The position numbers and the translations under genes are program-made. A DNA stretch of 64,000 nucleotides from a bacterium (lineage in GTDB: Bacteria; Patescibacteriota; UBA1384; JAGGWG01): contig JAGGWG010000020.1 in NCBI GenBank assembly GCA_021157605.1, positions 1,110-65,109 on the forward strand, in the 5' to 3' direction. The first letter of the stretch is position 1; every line of letters begins with the position of its first letter. The notes under the pieces were generated by a model. It was not told where the DNA came from. It did not search any database and saw nothing but the letters and a program-made list of their open reading frames with translations. Positions 59,628 to 64,000 of the stretch are shown one piece after another.

Positions 59628-59924
59628 TTATTGGGCCACAGGAGGCAAACCACTAGATTCAAAACTATAATCGCAGATATTTTCCTGCAAACAACGTAGT
59701 ATTGCCTGATAACGGGCGTAAAGGGGATGGGTGACAGGGATATCTTTAAGGATTCTTTTAATTTTATAAACCTGCATCACTTTACTCTTCTGCACCCAAG
59801 GAGTATATAGAAAGACTACAGCTAAAAAAAACAACAAACTAACAACAAAAAAAGCAACTATGCCAAAACAATATTTTTTCTTATTTTTTCTCCTTTTTGT
59901 CTGACCAGACTTGATTATTGCCAT
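59628..59924 (-). CDS. Small single-TM hypothetical protein
   Basis: ATG at 59924, just after the mraY stop; basic N-terminus then TM. Confidence 0.6.
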   Translation of the reverse strand: MAIIKSGQTKRRKNKKKYCFGIVAFFVVSLLFFLAVVFLYTPWVQKSKVMQVYKIKRILKDIPVTHPLYARYQAILRCLQENICDYSFESSGLPPVAQ

Positions 59925-59926
59925 CT

Positions 59927-60949
59927 TTACCCTCTCCCAATTAAAGCAAACAAAAGGCCAACTACCGCTGTCACTATGCCTATAACCCAAAACCTCATTG
60001 TCACCTTAACTTCAGCCCAACCTTTAGCCTCAAAGTGATGATGAATCGGAGCGGCAACAAAAATTTTACGTTTAAACACCTTTTTGGAAAAAATCTGCAA
60101 AGCTGAAGAACAAAGCTCAACCAAAAACACAAAAGCAATTATAGGCAATATCACTACTGTGTCTGTAAGCATAGCCATAACTCCCAAAGTGGCTCCCAAA
60201 GATAAAGAGCCTGTATCTCCCATAAAAAATCTGGCTGGATAGATATTAAACCACAAAAAAGCCAGAAGCGCCCCTACTAAAGAAGCATTAAAATAAGCCA
60301 AACCAAACTGACCCTTTAGTAAACAAACAACTACATAAGCCCCAAAAACAAAAGCAGAAAGCCCAGCCGCTAACCCGTCTAAACCGTCAGTGATATTAAC
60401 CGCATTAGCAGCAGAAACTACTACAAAGATAAAGAGAGGAACATACCAAAAACCAAGTTCCACATCCCCTACCCGCGGAATATGAAGGGTATGGAAACCT
60501 AATTTATAAAAAAACCACCATGCCCCTAAAGCGGCAATCAAAAAAAGCCAGATTAACTTTGTCCGGGCTCTAATACCTTTTATTTTGCCTATCCCTCTAA
60601 TATTGGCCCAATCGTCTACAGCCCCTAAAATCCCTACCCCTACCAAAACCGCTAAAGGCAGGTATGTCTGCGAACGACTAAAGTTAAAAAGCAAAGTAAT
60701 AATAGCTACAGTTCCCCAAATTAATACTCCAGCCATAGTTGGGGTATTCCGTTTCAAAGCATGAAGCTTAGCCACAATCGTTGATTTTTCTCCAGTAGCA
60801 GTGTTCTCTCTAATCTGCTTCCAGAATCGGTAACGGTACAAAAGATAAGATACCAAAGGAGTTAAAATAACAGCCAAAATAAAACTGCCTATAGTAAACC
60901 AGCCTGATTTAAATAAGCTCTGCAGATTTAAACTAAAGACCTCTTCCAT
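59927..60949 (-). CDS. mraY: Phospho-MurNAc-pentapeptide transferase
   Basis: TPTMAG, DD, NAVNITDGLDGL, FMGDTGS, APIHHHFE. Confidence 0.97.
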   Translation of the reverse strand: MEEVFSLNLQSLFKSGWFTIGSFILAVILTPLVSYLLYRYRFWKQIRENTATGEKSTIVAKLHALKRNTPTMAGVLIWGTVAIITLLFNFSRSQTYLPLAVLVGVGILGAVDDWANIRGIGKIKGIRARTKLIWLFLIAALGAWWFFYKLGFHTLHIPRVGDVELGFWYVPLFIFVVVSAANAVNITDGLDGLAAGLSAFVFGAYVVVCLLKGQFGLAYFNASLVGALLAFLWFNIYPARFFMGDTGSLSLGATLGVMAMLTDTVVILPIIAFVFLVELCSSALQIFSKKVFKRKIFVAAPIHHHFEAKGWAEVKVTMRFWVIGIVTAVVGLLFALIGRG

Positions 60950-60983
60950 TTTTCTAAATTTTAGTTTTTAATTTTCCTTTTTT

Positions 60984-62219
60984 CTATCCTTGCCACTCTT
61001 TTTCCTGCCTTACCAACACCTCTTTTGGATTATACTTCTCTGACAAAATCTTAGCAACCGCCTTCTCCAACCTAATGCTCTGCGAGGCTTTAAAGAGAAT
61101 TAAATCATTGGGCTTAATAACACTCTCTAAATTCTTTAACAGATCCTCCACCCTCCGGTAGTAAAAACAAGGCAAACCATCTTGAGCTGCTTTTTTAAAA
61201 GCAGGCTTAATCTCTGGCCCTACAAAAATCACTAAATCAGCAAAAAGAATATGCGGCACTAAACGCAAATGCTCTTTATGTGAAAGACTGCCGAGTTCCT
61301 TCATATCCCCCAAAACCAACACCTTTCTTCCCTGCCACTTAATCTCTTTAATAAAATCTAATGCTGTTTGCACTGAGAGCGGATTAGCGTTGTAGCTTTC
61401 ATCAACAATAAGAGTCTGTTTTTTGCCAGCTAAAATTCTTCCTCTGCCGGGCAAAGGTTTAAAATAAGCAAGATTTCGCAATATCTCAGAAGGCTCCAGC
61501 CCTAAAATTACACCTACAGAAAAAGCAGCTAAAGCAGTATAAACAAAGTGCTTACCAGCCGCTTCAATCTCTAAAGAATAAGACCGCCCTTTGTATTGAA
61601 TCTTAAAACTCAGCTTTTCGTTTCTGATATTTATGTCAAAAGCCCAGACATCAGCCTTTTTATCCAAACCATAATAAAGAACCTGGCAAGGCGACCTTAA
61701 ACCCAATTCCCTAAGGACCTCGTCGTCGTAATTCAAAACCGCCCACTCTTTTGATCGCAAAACTTTTATCAAAGTGCTCTTTTCTTCAATCAGCTTATCC
61801 ATATCTTCAAAAGCTTGAAAGTGAGCCGCTCCAATGCGGGTAAGTACGGCAATATCAGGTTTAGCAATACTTACTAAATACTTTAAATCTCCGGGTTTAT
61901 CAGACCCCATCTCCAAAACCAAAACTTGGGGATATTGGCGCTTAAAAAAACCAAAAAAGGCTTTAATAAACAGCCACTTCCAAAGAAAAATATTCTTTGC
62001 CGGGCTTTTAAAACCTAAAATTGCCAGAGGAACCCCTATTTCATTGTTATAACTTTTAGCCGAAGCCCTTACCCTAAAACCGCTATTTAAAGCCAAACGA
62101 ATCGCTTCTTTGGTAGAGGTTTTGCCCACACTACCGCTAACTGCCACAATTTTAGGCTTAAATTTGCGCAGATACAGGCGGGCAAAAACTTTAAGCCAAA
62201 ATTGAATTACTTTTTTCAT
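60984..62219 (-). CDS. murF: UDP-MurNAc-tripeptide--D-Ala-D-Ala ligase
   Basis: SGSVGKTSTK, NNEIGVP, LEMG, DESYNANP, LGDMKELG, KAS. Confidence 0.95.
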   Translation of the reverse strand: MKKVIQFWLKVFARLYLRKFKPKIVAVSGSVGKTSTKEAIRLALNSGFRVRASAKSYNNEIGVPLAILGFKSPAKNIFLWKWLFIKAFFGFFKRQYPQVLVLEMGSDKPGDLKYLVSIAKPDIAVLTRIGAAHFQAFEDMDKLIEEKSTLIKVLRSKEWAVLNYDDEVLRELGLRSPCQVLYYGLDKKADVWAFDINIRNEKLSFKIQYKGRSYSLEIEAAGKHFVYTALAAFSVGVILGLEPSEILRNLAYFKPLPGRGRILAGKKQTLIVDESYNANPLSVQTALDFIKEIKWQGRKVLVLGDMKELGSLSHKEHLRLVPHILFADLVIFVGPEIKPAFKKAAQDGLPCFYYRRVEDLLKNLESVIKPNDLILFKASQSIRLEKAVAKILSEKYNPKEVLVRQEKEWQG

Positions 62220-62228
62220 TGTTTAAGT

Positions 62229-63959
62229 TTAACCACCCCCTGTTTCCTTTTCTTTTGGTACCTGATAATAATTTATCAAAAATTGGGCCATACGGCGAAA
62301 GGTAGGAGCTGCTGAAAGCGACCCCCAACGGCTTTTAATAGGATAATCTAACTTAACCAAAATAACAAACTGGGGGTCATCAGCCGGAAAAAAACCGGCA
62401 AATGACTGGATAGTTTTATCAGGATAGTACCCTCCCTGGGGTGAAGGAACTTGTGCTGTCCCTGTTTTTCCAGCAATTTTATAGCCATCAATTTTGGCTA
62501 AAACCCCATAACCTTCCTCCACTACTCCTACTAACATATCTTTTAACTTTTCTGCACTCTGCTCAGAAATAACTCTGCCAATTTCTTGGGGACGAATAAC
62601 CTCCTCTTCGCCTTGGGAATTAACTTTTCTCCCTACTACATAAGGCCTCATTAACAAACCTTTGTTGGCAATAGCAGAAAAAACTGATGTTGCCTGCAGG
62701 GGGCTAACAGCTACACCCTGCCCAAAAGCCATTGTTGCCCCCTCAATTTCTTTTAGATGTTTTGGATCTGGCAACTGGGCAAATACTTCGTTAGGCAAAT
62801 CTACACCTAAAGGCAAAGCTAAATGAAAGCGTTCAGTTAAAAACCGAAAAAACTTATCTTTGCCCAATAGCTGTTCTACTTTAACAATCCCCACATTGTC
62901 TGAGAGCTCTAAAACTTGGGTCATAGTAATCTCGCCATGAGCTTTTCTGTCTGAGGTCCAAATTTTATGCCCTTGAACTTCGGTATAGGCACCTAAATTC
63001 ATTTTTGTGTAAGGCTCAACTAAACCTTCTTCTAAAGCGGCAGCCATAGGGATAACTTTAAATATTGAACCCGGCTCAAATAATTTGGAAACCATTGGAT
63101 TATAAAAAACTTCAATACCTTTTTCTTTAGCTTCTTCAGCATAGTTCTCAGGATTAAATCCTGTACTGGCTGCTAAAGCAATGACTGCTCCTGTTTTTGG
63201 GTTAAGAATAATCATCTGTCCTGACTCTGCCCCGTAGGTCTCAACCGCCTCTTTTATAATTTCCTCAGCTTTGTGTTGTACCGGCAACTCAATAGTTAAA
63301 TATAAATCCTTGCCATCTTGTGGAGGTGTCTCCTGGCTAATACTGATATAACGACCATAGACGTCTCTTTCTGCTAAAAACCGTCCTGAATCCCCCTCTA
63401 GCTCCTCATTGTAGTACTGCTCTAAGCCATAATTCCCTTTACCTTCAACATCCACATAACCCAAAACATAAGAAAGAGAGCTGCCATGGGGGTAAAAACG
63501 CACATCTTCAGGCAAAAGATAAACACCCTCAATATGACTTTGAATAATTTTCTTTGCCTCCTGATAGCTCAACCTTCTCTTTAAAGGAGGAATATAGGGC
63601 TTGTTGTTATTTATAGCCTCAAAAACATCTTGAAAATTAAGGCCGCTGCACTCTGCTATTTTTTTAGCTGCTTCTTCCTTATCTTTTATCTGACGAGGAA
63701 CAGCATTAAGGGAAAAAAGCTTCTGGTTTCCAGCCAAAAGAAAAGGCTCTTTTTGGTAAATTGAAGAAGCAAATATCCTGCCTCTATGGGCAGGGATCTC
63801 TTTGGCTAAAAAATGTTGAGACTTAGCCAGAGCTAAATAATAACTGTGTTTTATAACCTGGCGGTTGAAAAGAAAAACCAAAAGGGCAAAGTAAGCAAGC
63901 AGAAGAAAAAATAAAACTATTTTGAGACGCTGAAAATATACTCTCTCTTCATTAGCCAT
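62229..63959 (-). CDS. ftsI: Class B penicillin-binding protein (FtsI-like)
   Basis: RGRI, RFYP, GLE, EPGSIFK, SDN, GKTGTAQ; near the head of the dcw cluster. Confidence 0.92.
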   Translation of the reverse strand: MANEERVYFQRLKIVLFFLLLAYFALLVFLFNRQVIKHSYYLALAKSQHFLAKEIPAHRGRIFASSIYQKEPFLLAGNQKLFSLNAVPRQIKDKEEAAKKIAECSGLNFQDVFEAINNNKPYIPPLKRRLSYQEAKKIIQSHIEGVYLLPEDVRFYPHGSSLSYVLGYVDVEGKGNYGLEQYYNEELEGDSGRFLAERDVYGRYISISQETPPQDGKDLYLTIELPVQHKAEEIIKEAVETYGAESGQMIILNPKTGAVIALAASTGFNPENYAEEAKEKGIEVFYNPMVSKLFEPGSIFKVIPMAAALEEGLVEPYTKMNLGAYTEVQGHKIWTSDRKAHGEITMTQVLELSDNVGIVKVEQLLGKDKFFRFLTERFHLALPLGVDLPNEVFAQLPDPKHLKEIEGATMAFGQGVAVSPLQATSVFSAIANKGLLMRPYVVGRKVNSQGEEEVIRPQEIGRVISEQSAEKLKDMLVGVVEEGYGVLAKIDGYKIAGKTGTAQVPSPQGGYYPDKTIQSFAGFFPADDPQFVILVKLDYPIKSRWGSLSAAPTFRRMAQFLINYYQVPKEKETGGG

Positions 63960-63963
63960 AGTC

Positions 63964-63999
63964 TTAATCCTTCACTACTGCGTCCACCTGCTCCACCTC
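63964..63999 (-). CDS. C-terminal fragment of the gene upstream of ftsI (positionally FtsL-like)
   Basis: Frame EVEQVDAVVKD* ends 4 nt before the ftsI ATG; identity inferred from position only. Confidence 0.35.
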   Translation of the reverse strand, partial: EVEQVDAVVKD

Positions 64000-64000
64000 T

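Noticed and set aside
235-62052. Many short antisense ORFs in the ORF track
   Set aside because: Shadow frames of well-supported genes, with no independent coding signal.
1-64000. CRISPR arrays, IS elements, prophage, introns, alternative genetic code
   Set aside because: No repeat-spacer arrays, transposases, integrases or interrupted genes were seen; TGA serves as stop and tRNA-Trp has a CCA anticodon.

Overview
Low-GC, Lys-rich bacterial chromosomal segment (genetic code 11). Gene content points to a Patescibacteria/CPR organism: a CPR-type VirD4/TraD-like ATPase, a sigma4+wHTH protein, a shortened Mfd, a monoderm-type type IV pilus cluster, a rearranged dcw cluster and almost no Shine-Dalgarno sites. 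The layout runs as follows. First come four + strand genes, then an 850-bp non-coding convergence zone (6235-7084) with a dif-like Xer site. A long - strand housekeeping block follows: secFD, rluA, dus, cysS, recR, topA, dprA, mfd, rplK-nusG-secE-rplU, rodA, ileS and rnhA. Next are a type IV pilus locus with a vWA adhesin and a CPHC thioredoxin, three tRNAs, a probable 6S RNA, argS/tyrS, PBP1A, radA, recJ and the dcw cluster. No mobile element, prophage or CRISPR array is evident. The most striking unexplained signals are: (1) exact DnaA boxes built into a shared promoter architecture upstream of pilA, pilT and pilN; (2) a symmetric dif-like site plus three copies of a related 12-mer that are polar about it; (3) a membrane-anchored protein with a compressed Rieske-like CxH...CPCH motif inserted in the dcw cluster; (4) widespread apparent leaderless transcription, with one small gene carrying a perfect SD. 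All calls are by-eye motif recognition; no searches were run.
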